Of a stretch of 64,000 nt of DNA, positions 27,890 to 37,067 are shown one piece after another (the first letter of the stretch is position 1; each line of letters begins with the position of its first letter). The stretch lies in the NCBI GenBank assembly GCA_963745075.1, contig CAVUWV010000019.1:32001-96000 (forward strand), in the 5' to 3' direction. The notes below the pieces were generated by a model. The model made no database searches, was not told the DNA's origin, and was given only the letters and a program-made list of their open reading frames with translations. The position numbers and the translations under genes are program-made. The stretch comes from Candidatus Hydrogenedentota bacterium (GTDB taxonomy: Bacteria; Hydrogenedentota; Hydrogenedentia; Hydrogenedentales; SLHB01).

Positions 27890-27939
27890 CGGCTGCCGAG
27901 TGCGTTTCGTTCGCCTTGCGCTGTCGTGCGGGGTGATAC

Positions 27940-29028
27940 ATGAGTTTTAGCGATATCCGCGATCAGGAGACGGCCGTTCGGTTCTTGCAGAACATCCTGC
28001 GGGAGGAGCGAATCCCCAACGGTCTGCTCTTTTACGGTCCCGGCGGCGTCGGCAAAGGGTTGGCTGCGCTGGAGCTGGCCAAAGCAATTAACTGTACCCA
28101 GCAGAACGGCGACGCATGCGACGCGTGTCTGCCGTGCCGGAAGGTCATGAGCGGCAACCATCCCGACATCCGGCACGTAAGTCCGTCGGAGAAGACCCGT
28201 CTGATTAAGAAAGCCGAAGTTGACGAAATCAACGAGATGGCGGCGCTGCGCCCTTTCGAGTCGGCGTGGCGGATCTTTATCATCCAGGACGCGGATCGCA
28301 TGAACCCCACCGCGCAGAACCACTTTCTCAAGACCCTGGAAGAACCGCCGGGCCGTTCGTTGTTCATTCTATTGAGTGAGTTTCCGCGCGTTTTGCTGCC
28401 CACGATCCGTTCGCGCTGCCAAGCGGTGCGGTTTCGGGCGTTGCGTCAGGAAACCGTGGCGGATCTGTTGCGGCGGGAACGCGACCTTCCGGATGATCTG
28501 GCTGAATCCATCGCGGGAATCGCCGAAGGTCAGATGGCCCGCGCGCTGGATTTGGTGGACTCCGACAAGCGCCAGGTGGTGTTGTCCCTGACGGCACGGC
28601 TGGCGGATGGCGAGGATCCGGTGGTGATGGCGGAGGAGTTCACGAAGTTTCTGGGCGACCAGCGTAAGCAGTTGGAAGCCAGTCTCAAAGCCGACATGGC
28701 GTACGAGTCGGCGGACGAAGTGAGCCGTGCGGACATGGAACGGTTGAAGGACGAGCGGCTCGCGCAACTCACCGCCATGTCCAAACGTGATATGCTTGAA
28801 TACTTGTATCTCTTGGAAACCTGGTATCGCGACGAAATGATCTTTGGCGCGACGCGCGACAAGTCGCGTGTGTGGAACAAGGACCAGATTGAACGGCTGG
28901 AATCCGCGAAGGCCGGAACGTCCGCCGAGAAGCTGCGTGCGATTGAAACGGCCCGGATGTATCTCGACCGCTTCATTAATGAAGAGCGGGTATTTCGGGA
29001 CCTGTTTCTGACGCTTGCCGCGTCGTAG
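27940..29028 (+). CDS. holB: DNA polymerase III delta' subunit
   Basis: LFYGPGGVGK, C..ACDACLPC Zn site, HPD, ADRMN..AQN.FLKTLEEPP, LLPTIRSRC. Confidence 0.95.
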   Translation: MSFSDIRDQETAVRFLQNILREERIPNGLLFYGPGGVGKGLAALELAKAINCTQQNGDACDACLPCRKVMSGNHPDIRHVSPSEKTRLIKKAEVDEINEMAALRPFESAWRIFIIQDADRMNPTAQNHFLKTLEEPPGRSLFILLSEFPRVLLPTIRSRCQAVRFRALRQETVADLLRRERDLPDDLAESIAGIAEGQMARALDLVDSDKRQVVLSLTARLADGEDPVVMAEEFTKFLGDQRKQLEASLKADMAYESADEVSRADMERLKDERLAQLTAMSKRDMLEYLYLLETWYRDEMIFGATRDKSRVWNKDQIERLESAKAGTSAEKLRAIETARMYLDRFINEERVFRDLFLTLAAS

Positions 29029-29050
29029 CGCTACCGTTTGGAGCGACTGA

Positions 29051-30100
29051 ATGCAAACTGTAAAGATTCGCCTGCGTAAACCGACGCGGGTGTTTACGTT
29101 TCTCTCCGAAGATATTCCTCTGGGCCGGGACGAAGACTGCATCGTGCGCAGCGACCGCGGGCTCGAGTGGGGTACCTGCGTGGTACCGCCGGAACCGTGT
29201 CCCGAGGACATGAAAAGCCGGTACAAAATGAACGTGGTGCGGAAAGTGACGCACAATGATGAGAGCACGTACCGGCAGATTCAGGAAGAGGAAGCGAAGG
29301 CCAAAGAGTTATGCGCCAAGCGCATTCGGGATCGAAGTCTTCCCATGAAGCTGGTCGACGTCGAATATACCTTCGACAAACACAAGGTCATTTTCTATTT
29401 CACGGCCGCGGACCGGGTGGACTTCCGGCAACTGGTTCGTGACCTGGCGCAGGACCTCAAGACGCGCATCGAGCTGCGTCATATCCAGGTGCGGGACGAA
29501 GCCAAGCTGACCGGCGGTATCGGAATGTGTGGGCGCGAACTCTGTTGTTCGACGTGGCTGCGCGAATTCAAACCCATCTCGATGAAGATGGCCAAACGTC
29601 AGAACCTCTCTTTGAACCCCTCGAAGATCAGCGGGCAATGCGGGCGCCTCCTGTGTTGCCTGAGTTATGAGAACGAGATGTATAAGGAACGGAAACGGTC
29701 CGAGAAGGCGGAGCGCGAATCCCAACCCACGGCCGAGCCCGAGCCGGTCGTTGATCACGTGGACGCGTTCGGCGCCGCGGGCGCCTTTGGCGACTCGGAT
29801 ATCCGGCCCCGTCCTGCCGACTGGCAGGAACGGCTTCACGAGATGAACGGGGATGATGCCGTCGGCATCGCCGACGACGCCACCGACGAGACTGAGGGGC
29901 GTGGTCCGTCCGAACAACGGCGAGGCACCCAACCGCAGGGATCGTCGGCCCGGCCACCACGAAGTCCGTCGGCGACGCAGGGATCCGGCCACTCCCCGGA
30001 CGGGTCCAAACGGAGAGGCCGCCGCCGCCGCAGGCGCCGTCCCGGCCGGCCGGGCGACTCGCAATCGTCGAGTTCCGGAGGCCAAGGTTCCTCGTCCTGA
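29051..30100 (+). CDS. ricT: PSP1 domain / RicT (YaaT)-like protein
   Basis: FYFTAADRVDFRQLV.DLA, RIELR.I.VRDEAK..GGIG.CGRELCC, KISGQCGRLLCCL.YE. Confidence 0.9.
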   Translation: MQTVKIRLRKPTRVFTFLSEDIPLGRDEDCIVRSDRGLEWGTCVVPPEPCPEDMKSRYKMNVVRKVTHNDESTYRQIQEEEAKAKELCAKRIRDRSLPMKLVDVEYTFDKHKVIFYFTAADRVDFRQLVRDLAQDLKTRIELRHIQVRDEAKLTGGIGMCGRELCCSTWLREFKPISMKMAKRQNLSLNPSKISGQCGRLLCCLSYENEMYKERKRSEKAERESQPTAEPEPVVDHVDAFGAAGAFGDSDIRPRPADWQERLHEMNGDDAVGIADDATDETEGRGPSEQRRGTQPQGSSARPPRSPSATQGSGHSPDGSKRRGRRRRRRRPGRPGDSQSSSSGGQGSSS

Positions 30101-30877
30101 TGGGTCTCGTCGACACGCATTGCCATTTGCAGTCCGACCGTTTCGATGAGGACCGCGAGGCCGTCCTGGCGCGTGCGCTCGAATCCCTGGATTGGATCGT
30201 GCTCATCGGTGATTCGATTGCGTCCAGCGCGGCAGCGGTGGAACTGCTACGGGAAAACGTCTACGCCGCAGTCGGCATTCATCCCTACCATCCGGAGCAA
30301 GCCGATTCCGCGGGTATCGAACGGCTGCGCACGCTCGCGGCAATATCGGGCGTGGTGGCCATCGGTGAAATCGGGCTGGACTATTTCAAGTACAACGACG
30401 CCCCGCGCGACACTCAACACGCCGCCTTTCACGCGCAACTGGAACTCGCGGCGGAACTACAACTCCCCGTCGTGATTCACAACCGCGACTCCTGTGACGA
30501 TCTCGCTGCAGATCCTGGAGGAGCACCACCGAAGCTTGTGTGGCGGGATCATGCACTGTTTTGCGGGGAACGCGGCATTTCTCGAGCGGTGCTTGTCGTG
30601 GGATTTCCACGTGTCCTTCGCGGGAAACGTGACGTTTCCGAAGGCGCCGGAACTGCGGGACGCCGCACAGGCCGTTCCAATGGAGCGGTTGCTGGTCGAG
30701 ACGGACAGCCCCTACCTCGCGCCGCAACCGGTCCGCGGAAAACGATGCGAACCCGCCTACGTGCGCTACACGGCGGAAACCTTGGCGGAGGTCAAGGGCG
30801 TCGACGTGGACGAACTAATCGAGCAAACGACGGCTAACGCCTGCGCGCTGTTTCGTATTGGCGAAGGATCCGGTTAG
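30100..30877 (+). CDS. tatD: TatD family hydrolase, split by +1 frameshift at about 30502-30505
   Basis: DTHCHL, GIHP, IGEIGLDY, IHNRD in one frame; IMHCF, LLVETDSPYLAP in the next. Confidence 0.9.
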
Positions 30878-30920
30878 CGATTTGGAGTTTTACGCCCCGT
30901 TGTTGGCTTACCGGACAAAC

Positions 30921-32705
30921 TCAGTCGCCCTGCAACGTCTCGTCGGCGGGCTCGTCTTCAGCCGAATCCTCGGTCGCTTCCGGCAGGGATTTTGTCTCAC
31001 CTTCCTCGTCTAGCGCCAGCGCGGGCAACGGCGGGTGGAGTTTGTGAATGACGTGGCTGAGCGGTTCGTGCATGAGCCGCGATTCCCCGCCGCTGACTTC
31101 CCGTAACAAGGGTTGGAGGAATTCTTCCTCGCGCAGGGCGGACGGTTCGCGTCCGGCTTCGCGCAATGCGGCAATCACGTGGCCGATGGTGATCTTGTCG
31201 ATGGACCGCGCGGGCGCGTACGTGACCGGCTCGGTTACGCAGCGCTGGACGAGGCCCGCTTCATCGAGTTGATCGAGGGTTTCGTTCAGCAGGCGCGTCG
31301 GGACTTTCCATTCTTCCGCCGCTTCCGACGGCGAAAGACCCGGTAGTCCGGCGTCGAACCGATGGGCAAGTTCGACCATAGCACGCAGGGCCAGGGCTTC
31401 GCGGTAGGCCTCGCTGGCGCCCGCTGCGTGGCGTTCCATGGCGAAGGTCTTTTCGTTCTGGTAGGCAAAGGTGAGCTCGGCGCCGAAGAGCAGGATGACC
31501 CAACTGAAATAGATCCAGATGAGCAGGAACGGAAAGAGCGCGAAACTCGAGTAGACCACGCTGTTTCTGGCGAGGCCGTATTGGAGGCCGAAATACCCCA
31601 TCGACAGAAGCAGCCACAGAGTGCCTGCCACAAAGCCGCCGAGAACGGCGTAGCGCCATTTCACTTTGGTATTGGGCACGATGGCATAGAGCGTCGTGAA
31701 GGCGAACCAGATGACCAGGTACTGAATGCCGCGTGCCGCCAAGGCCAGCACGCCAAGCCGATCGGTGACCGTGTCGCTGCCCAGCGCCGCCGTCAACCCG
31801 ATCACGCCCATCACGACGAACGGCAGCAGGATCGTGATCATCATGTAGTCGCTGAACATGCGATACCAGGAGCGTGTCTGCTTGAGTCCCCATATGGAGT
31901 TGAAAGACGATTCGATGTTGCGCATGAGCCCGAACACGGCAGTGAGTATGAAGGCCAATCCGGTCAGTCCGAGCGCGCGGGGATTGGCGCTCTGGCTTGC
32001 CAGGTTCAGGATCGAGTCTATGGGGTCGATGGGTTTCTCCACCTTGGTTTCTACCGTGGAGGAATCAGCCGGTTCGGTGTCCCCACGCTCGACCGCCGAA
32101 GAACTTTCTACCGGGATTGCTGAGGTTTCCGCATCGGTATGCGCCTCCATAGGCGTATCGTTCTGTTGCCCGGAAACGGCATCCAATCCGGCGCCCTCGC
32201 CGTCAAGTTTCGGCGCCGAATCTCCCGGTGACTGTTCGATCGTGGGTTCCGGCCCGAGCGTCGTCTCGCGGCCCGTCGGGGCAGCCTCCATGGTTTCGGA
32301 AAGTCCGGGAACCAATAGATTGATCATCTCTTTGATTTGCTGATTGGCATCGTCAGGTTCGCGACCGGTCGAGCCGCTTGTACTCTGGCTGGTGGAATCG
32401 ACACCGGCGAGATCGGCGATCATTCCGGTGATCTCGGTGGTGAGATTGAATTGATTGATCACGAAATACAGAACCGCTACGAAGGGCACCAAGGACAATA
32501 CGGTGGTATACGCGAGGGCCGCAGCGCGCAGCAGCAACGCGTCCTGCACCATGTTCTGCATGAGCATGATGACGACTCGCAGTTGCTTCACGATGAAGCC
32601 GTAGGGAACTTCTTCCCCTTCGCGGCCTACAATCCAGATGTCGTGCGTCGCAAACCGGCGGCCCCGATCCAGGGCTTCGAACATCCGCTGGATATATTCT
32701 CTCAT
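30921..32705 (-). CDS. YihY/BrkB family membrane protein with C-terminal Rrf2-like wHTH
   Basis: RAAALAYTTVLSLVP, IESSFNSIW, VPNTKV, VYSSFA..P..LIWIYFSWVILLFGAE. Confidence 0.9.
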   Translation of the reverse strand: MREYIQRMFEALDRGRRFATHDIWIVGREGEEVPYGFIVKQLRVVIMLMQNMVQDALLLRAAALAYTTVLSLVPFVAVLYFVINQFNLTTEITGMIADLAGVDSTSQSTSGSTGREPDDANQQIKEMINLLVPGLSETMEAAPTGRETTLGPEPTIEQSPGDSAPKLDGEGAGLDAVSGQQNDTPMEAHTDAETSAIPVESSSAVERGDTEPADSSTVETKVEKPIDPIDSILNLASQSANPRALGLTGLAFILTAVFGLMRNIESSFNSIWGLKQTRSWYRMFSDYMMITILLPFVVMGVIGLTAALGSDTVTDRLGVLALAARGIQYLVIWFAFTTLYAIVPNTKVKWRYAVLGGFVAGTLWLLLSMGYFGLQYGLARNSVVYSSFALFPFLLIWIYFSWVILLFGAELTFAYQNEKTFAMERHAAGASEAYREALALRAMVELAHRFDAGLPGLSPSEAAEEWKVPTRLLNETLDQLDEAGLVQRCVTEPVTYAPARSIDKITIGHVIAALREAGREPSALREEEFLQPLLREVSGGESRLMHEPLSHVIHKLHPPLPALALDEEGETKSLPEATEDSAEDEPADETLQGD

Positions 32706-32788
32706 GGAGATATGCTACACGGTAGCGTGCCGCGTTGCGAAATCGGGATGGTGTCCCAAGCGACTCGCCCAAAAGGATTCGAGAGGGA

Positions 32789-34060
32789 TTACCGTTCTTT
32801 GCCGATGTGGACGGTTGTGCCGATGGGGCAAAACCGGAACAAGGTCTCAGCGTCCTCGGGTCGCATTCGAATGCAGCCCGCGCCTTTGCCGTCGCCGATG
32901 GACGCGGTCTCGTCAGTGGGATGAATGCCGTAGCTCAAGGGAACGCCTTCTGCCGCCAGTCCCATCCAACTTTCGCCGAGGGGATTGCGCGGGTCGCCGT
33001 AGGGGATCGACCTGCCGCGGTGGTACCAATCGGGCTTGGCAATCTTGTTGCATATCACGAAATCGCCGGTGGGGGTGGAACTGCCTTTACCCAGACCAAC
33101 CGGAAACCGCCATAGGAGATTGCCATCGGCAAATACGGACATTTCGTACAGGTGGCGGTCGACTTCGAGATGTACGCGCGCTTGCGTGAAAACAGCGTCA
33201 GCATCCGAATTTGTTGATCCCACATTGCGGCGATTTCCTCCGGTGGCGCCTTCGGGTGCGGGGGGCCTCGACCGATACGACGCAAACCCCGCCAACGCGG
33301 GACCCGGATCGCCGCCTTCCGGTTGATCGCTGAAGCGCACGTAGCCGCCCGGCCCGCCCATCCCGGTAAGGCCATCCAGAGCCGCCGCGTCGTACGCTTC
33401 GCCCCCGCCGGCACTCCATGCCAGTTCCCCGGGCGTGGTCTCTGCTTTCTTGCCGTGGTTCCGGCCCGACGCGGACCGGCCCGTTTCGGTGGATGGCGGG
33501 ATTGACCGCTTCGCGGTTGTCTCGGCGACGCGAACCATGCGGGGCGTACTGTGGTGATCGGCCGAAACGCCGGAGTCGTCGAAGGGCCACCAGAGCAGCC
33601 AGAGAAACACAGCGGCCAGAACTGCCAGCCATGGCGCAAGCCGTATTCGCGAACCCCGCGTATCCGGCGGCATAGCGGTATCGTTCGGCGAAGGACGAGA
33701 CTGCGTTCGGGCTAGGGATCGCAAGGTTGGAACCGGTCGGCGCGGCGCCGGAAGACACCAGCGCACTCCCAGGATATACTCGTGGGGCTGCGATGGGTCA
33801 CTACGGACGATGTGACCGCTGAGACGGATTAACGCACCCGATTCACGGTCATCGCGGGGTGCAAGTTCAACGTCAACGGCGGTGCCGGGCGACAGCGCGC
33901 TGTATGCGCGAATGCCTGCGCCGTCACGACTGATATTCACCGCCGTGCCAGTAAACAGTGGAGTCGCCGCGTCCGCGCTGATGACCACGGCAGTGCGCTG
34001 CGTGGCCGCTCGTTGCGCAGTTCGGCGCTCCACGATGGATTGAGTTGCAGCCCGTACCAT
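32789..34060 (-). CDS. PilZ - TM - L,D-transpeptidase (YkuD) fusion
   Basis: ERRTAQR and NISRDG (PilZ); TM WLAVLAAVFLWLLWW; FPVGLG, TPTGDF, NPLG..WMGL, YGIH, GCIRM (YkuD). Confidence 0.8.
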   Translation of the reverse strand: MVRAATQSIVERRTAQRAATQRTAVVISADAATPLFTGTAVNISRDGAGIRAYSALSPGTAVDVELAPRDDRESGALIRLSGHIVRSDPSQPHEYILGVRWCLPAPRRPVPTLRSLARTQSRPSPNDTAMPPDTRGSRIRLAPWLAVLAAVFLWLLWWPFDDSGVSADHHSTPRMVRVAETTAKRSIPPSTETGRSASGRNHGKKAETTPGELAWSAGGGEAYDAAALDGLTGMGGPGGYVRFSDQPEGGDPGPALAGFASYRSRPPAPEGATGGNRRNVGSTNSDADAVFTQARVHLEVDRHLYEMSVFADGNLLWRFPVGLGKGSSTPTGDFVICNKIAKPDWYHRGRSIPYGDPRNPLGESWMGLAAEGVPLSYGIHPTDETASIGDGKGAGCIRMRPEDAETLFRFCPIGTTVHIGKER

Positions 34061-34389
34061 CGTTGCCCTAATGCGCCCCAGTTGCTGCGAGCCATCCCAC
34101 TCACAGACCCAAGGGAGGTAGTATAGCACAAAAACGGGGTTTGCGGGGTGAAATGACGATAATTTCTCTAAGTCCGTGGGCGGTATGGATTAAATAGCCT
34201 CCGTGGATGTTTTCGGTGGGGCTGGCCCTGCCATGTTCCGCCTGCAATGGCCAAATAGCTCTTGACGCTTGTCTCAAAGGCACTTACAATGACGCAGCAC
34301 CGTGCCCGCGATATCTTGGCGGTCTTGGGTTTGGGCGACGCTGGCGCGGCTACAGCACAGGCGACCACGCGTCAAGCGGGAGGGGATCG

Positions 34390-35859
34390 ATGGGTTCTGC
34401 GACGGACAACATCTTCCAACGGCTGGAATCAGCCATCTCGGAATGGAGTGCGGAAATCAAATCGTCCTCCGCCGGAATGGCGGAGAAACTTGCGCGGGCC
34501 AAGGATCGCCTTGGCGATACGCCGGAGGGCGCGGAATCGGTGGAAGCCTTGACGGCCTCGCTGGACTTTGCGCGCGCGGAGTTTGCGCGGCTCGAAGTGT
34601 CGTTGCGCGAGTGCTTGGGCGCAGCGAAGTCCGCTGACGACCGTGCGGCGAACGGGGAACAGGCCGTGGCGGTAATTCGCGAGGAGATGGCGCAGCTACG
34701 GCAGGAACTCTCCGAGAAACTGGAAGCCGCCACCACGTCCACGGAGGAGGGGCCGGCCCGCGATGAGGCTTTGGTCGCGGAGGTGGAACACCTCAAAGAA
34801 CAGCTCACCGAATTACGCGAAATCGCCGAACAAACGACGGAACCCGAAACCGAAGAATCCTTGGCCGCCGTATGCGGCGAACTCGAGTCGTTGCGGGTGT
34901 CCGTGACCGAATTGCGCGGCGCTACGTTGGGCGGTGAAGACGTTACGGCGCTGCAATCTGAGATCCAGGGGCTAAAAGAGCGTTTGACCGAATTGGGGGA
35001 AACACCCCCGGGCGAACTCGATACGGCGAACCGTGCCGATGTCGATGAACTCCGGAACGCGATTTCCCAGTTACGCGAGTCCCTTGGAGAAGCGGGAGAA
35101 ACCGCGCGTCGTGTCGAGGAATTGGAAGGGATGCTCGCGGTGGAGCGGGATCGCGCCGATCGGTTGGAGCAACAGATCGCGACCGCGGATCACCCCGCCG
35201 GGATCTCGCCGGAAGCCGCAGTCGAGCTGGACTTATTCCGGGAAGAATTAGCGGAGATGCGCGCGCGATTCCTTACATCGGGCGCGCCGTCCCCGGTGCC
35301 GAGCCAGGAAGAGGAGGTGTTCACTGCACCGGAAACACCGGTGTACGAACCGCCCCCGCCGCCGTCTCCCGCGGAACATCGTGTCGCGGTGGTGGATCTC
35401 GAGTTGTCGGGATTCGACAGCGACGGACGGCGCAGGCGCATGGGCGACATTCTTGTCGACGCGGGCGTATTGACGCAGGAGCAGTTAGAGGAAGCGCTTC
35501 GGGAGCAGCAGGAGCACCCGCAACGCCGTCTCGGCGCGATTCTGGTCGAATTGGGCCACACGGAGAGCGACGTCATCGCGCAGGTGCTGGCGTGCCAACT
35601 GAAGCTGCCCTACGTCCAACTGGAGCAGGAAGTCCCGGAAGAGTCTGCCGTGCGGCTGGTAAACGGCCGCCTGTGCCGCCATCATCACTGCGTTCCGGTC
35701 CGGCTTGAAGATGAGACCGTAATCCTCGCCATGTCGAATCCGCTGGATCTGATCGCGATCGAAGACATCGAACTTGCCACGAGCCGTCGCGTCGATCCCG
35801 TCGTCGCATCCGAACCGGATATCGCCAAAGCCATCGAATGGTTTTACGGAAGCGAGTGA
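34390..35859 (+). CDS. Long coiled-coil protein with C-terminal MshEN/T2SSE_N domain, no ATPase
   Basis: About 300 aa E/L/A-rich heptads, Pro linker, RMGDILVDAGVLTQEQLEEALREQ...RLGAILVELG, AMSNPLD; start after GGGAGGGG. Confidence 0.85.
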   Translation: MGSATDNIFQRLESAISEWSAEIKSSSAGMAEKLARAKDRLGDTPEGAESVEALTASLDFARAEFARLEVSLRECLGAAKSADDRAANGEQAVAVIREEMAQLRQELSEKLEAATTSTEEGPARDEALVAEVEHLKEQLTELREIAEQTTEPETEESLAAVCGELESLRVSVTELRGATLGGEDVTALQSEIQGLKERLTELGETPPGELDTANRADVDELRNAISQLRESLGEAGETARRVEELEGMLAVERDRADRLEQQIATADHPAGISPEAAVELDLFREELAEMRARFLTSGAPSPVPSQEEEVFTAPETPVYEPPPPPSPAEHRVAVVDLELSGFDSDGRRRRMGDILVDAGVLTQEQLEEALREQQEHPQRRLGAILVELGHTESDVIAQVLACQLKLPYVQLEQEVPEESAVRLVNGRLCRHHHCVPVRLEDETVILAMSNPLDLIAIEDIELATSRRVDPVVASEPDIAKAIEWFYGSE

Positions 35860-35862
35860 CGG

Positions 35863-36011
35863 TTGCGGAGTGTGAATTGCGGAATGCGGATTGACGCAGG
35901 CTGGCGATCTCCGTTTGCAATGTGTTTGTGCACGGAGGGTTTGGTCTGTGTAACGAGGGTCCATCTCTTAGCTATAATTTGAAATCCGCAATCCAGAATC
36001 CGCAATCGCAA
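35863..36011. repeat. Inverted clusters of AATCCGC-like heptamers
   Basis: TTGCGGA-GTGTGAA-TTGCGGA-ATGCGGA-TTG (35863-35893) vs AATCCGC-AATCCAG-AATCCGC-AATCGCA (35983-36010); TATAAT at 35973 lies between them. Confidence 0.65.
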
Positions 36012-36024
36012 AGGAGCATCAACC

Positions 36025-36960
36025 GTGAATCGCAGACAGTTTCTTCAGGCCGGCGCTGCCGGGATTGCCGCCGTGGGCGCAAGCGCTACTGCTTCGGCGC
36101 AGACCGCCGTGCCCATGTACCAGGAAGGCCTCAGCCAGTGGCCGTTTGTGTTGAACGCCAGCACGATTCGTCCCACGCCGCTGGTGGACAAGGTGAAGGT
36201 CGCGTCCGAAACTGGTTACGACGGGATCGAATTATGGGTCCGGGAACTCGAGGACTACGAGAAGGGCGGCGGCAACCTGAAAGAATTGGGAGAAGACATC
36301 ACGGAACGGGGAATGTATGTGCCCAACGTCATCGGGCTGTGGGATTCCATTCCGGCGACGCAGGAAGATTTTGATGCGATGCTGTCCACGTCAAAAGAAC
36401 GCATGCGCATGGCCGCCGACGTGAAGTCGAAGCACGTGGCCGTGCTGCCGTTCCCGGACCGCGAAGATTACGACCACTACTGGGGCGCGGCGCGTTACGG
36501 GGACCTGCTGAAGATCAGCCGGGACGAGTACGGCGTCATCGGGGCGCTGGAATTCGTCGGGTTCACGAAAGGCGTCAACCGGCTGGGCTTCGCTTCCGGC
36601 ATGGCCATCGACGCGAACGACCCCGACGCGTGCATCGTCGCCGACACGTTTCACCTGTGGCGCGGCGGTTCCGGATTCCAAGGCGTCCGTCACCTTAGCG
36701 GCAAGTTCATCGCCGACTTCCACTGGAATGACGTAGGCCCGGACGCGGACGTCAATTCAGCCGGCGACGCGGACCGCATCTACCCCGGCGACGGGATCTT
36801 CCCCTTAACGGATGTCCTCAAACAACTCGCTGAAATTCATTACACCGGCCCGCTGTCCCTCGAACTCTTCAACCGCACCCACTGGGAATCCGACCCAACC
36901 GAAGTCGCCGCCGTTGGCCTGGAAAAGATGCGCGCCGTGGTGAAATCGGCTATGGGCTGA
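36025..36960 (+). CDS. Tat-exported sugar phosphate isomerase/epimerase (xylose-isomerase-like TIM barrel)
   Basis: NRRQFL signal; GYDGIELW, LEF, DTFH, HWND, R..PGDG, SLELF. Confidence 0.85.
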   Translation: MNRRQFLQAGAAGIAAVGASATASAQTAVPMYQEGLSQWPFVLNASTIRPTPLVDKVKVASETGYDGIELWVRELEDYEKGGGNLKELGEDITERGMYVPNVIGLWDSIPATQEDFDAMLSTSKERMRMAADVKSKHVAVLPFPDREDYDHYWGAARYGDLLKISRDEYGVIGALEFVGFTKGVNRLGFASGMAIDANDPDACIVADTFHLWRGGSGFQGVRHLSGKFIADFHWNDVGPDADVNSAGDADRIYPGDGIFPLTDVLKQLAEIHYTGPLSLELFNRTHWESDPTEVAAVGLEKMRAVVKSAMG

Positions 36961-37067
36961 CGTGAAAGTGCGTGACCAATCTGGGCAGGTTCTACCAGGT
37001 AGGTGGAACTCCCAGGTTCGCACGCCGGTCCCCCAACGTGACCCGGTTCTTCAACTTGGCCGATGGC

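Noticed and set aside
27638..27943. 101-aa ORF as a real protein
   Set aside because: Largely a translation of the palindromic repeat; no protein-like features.
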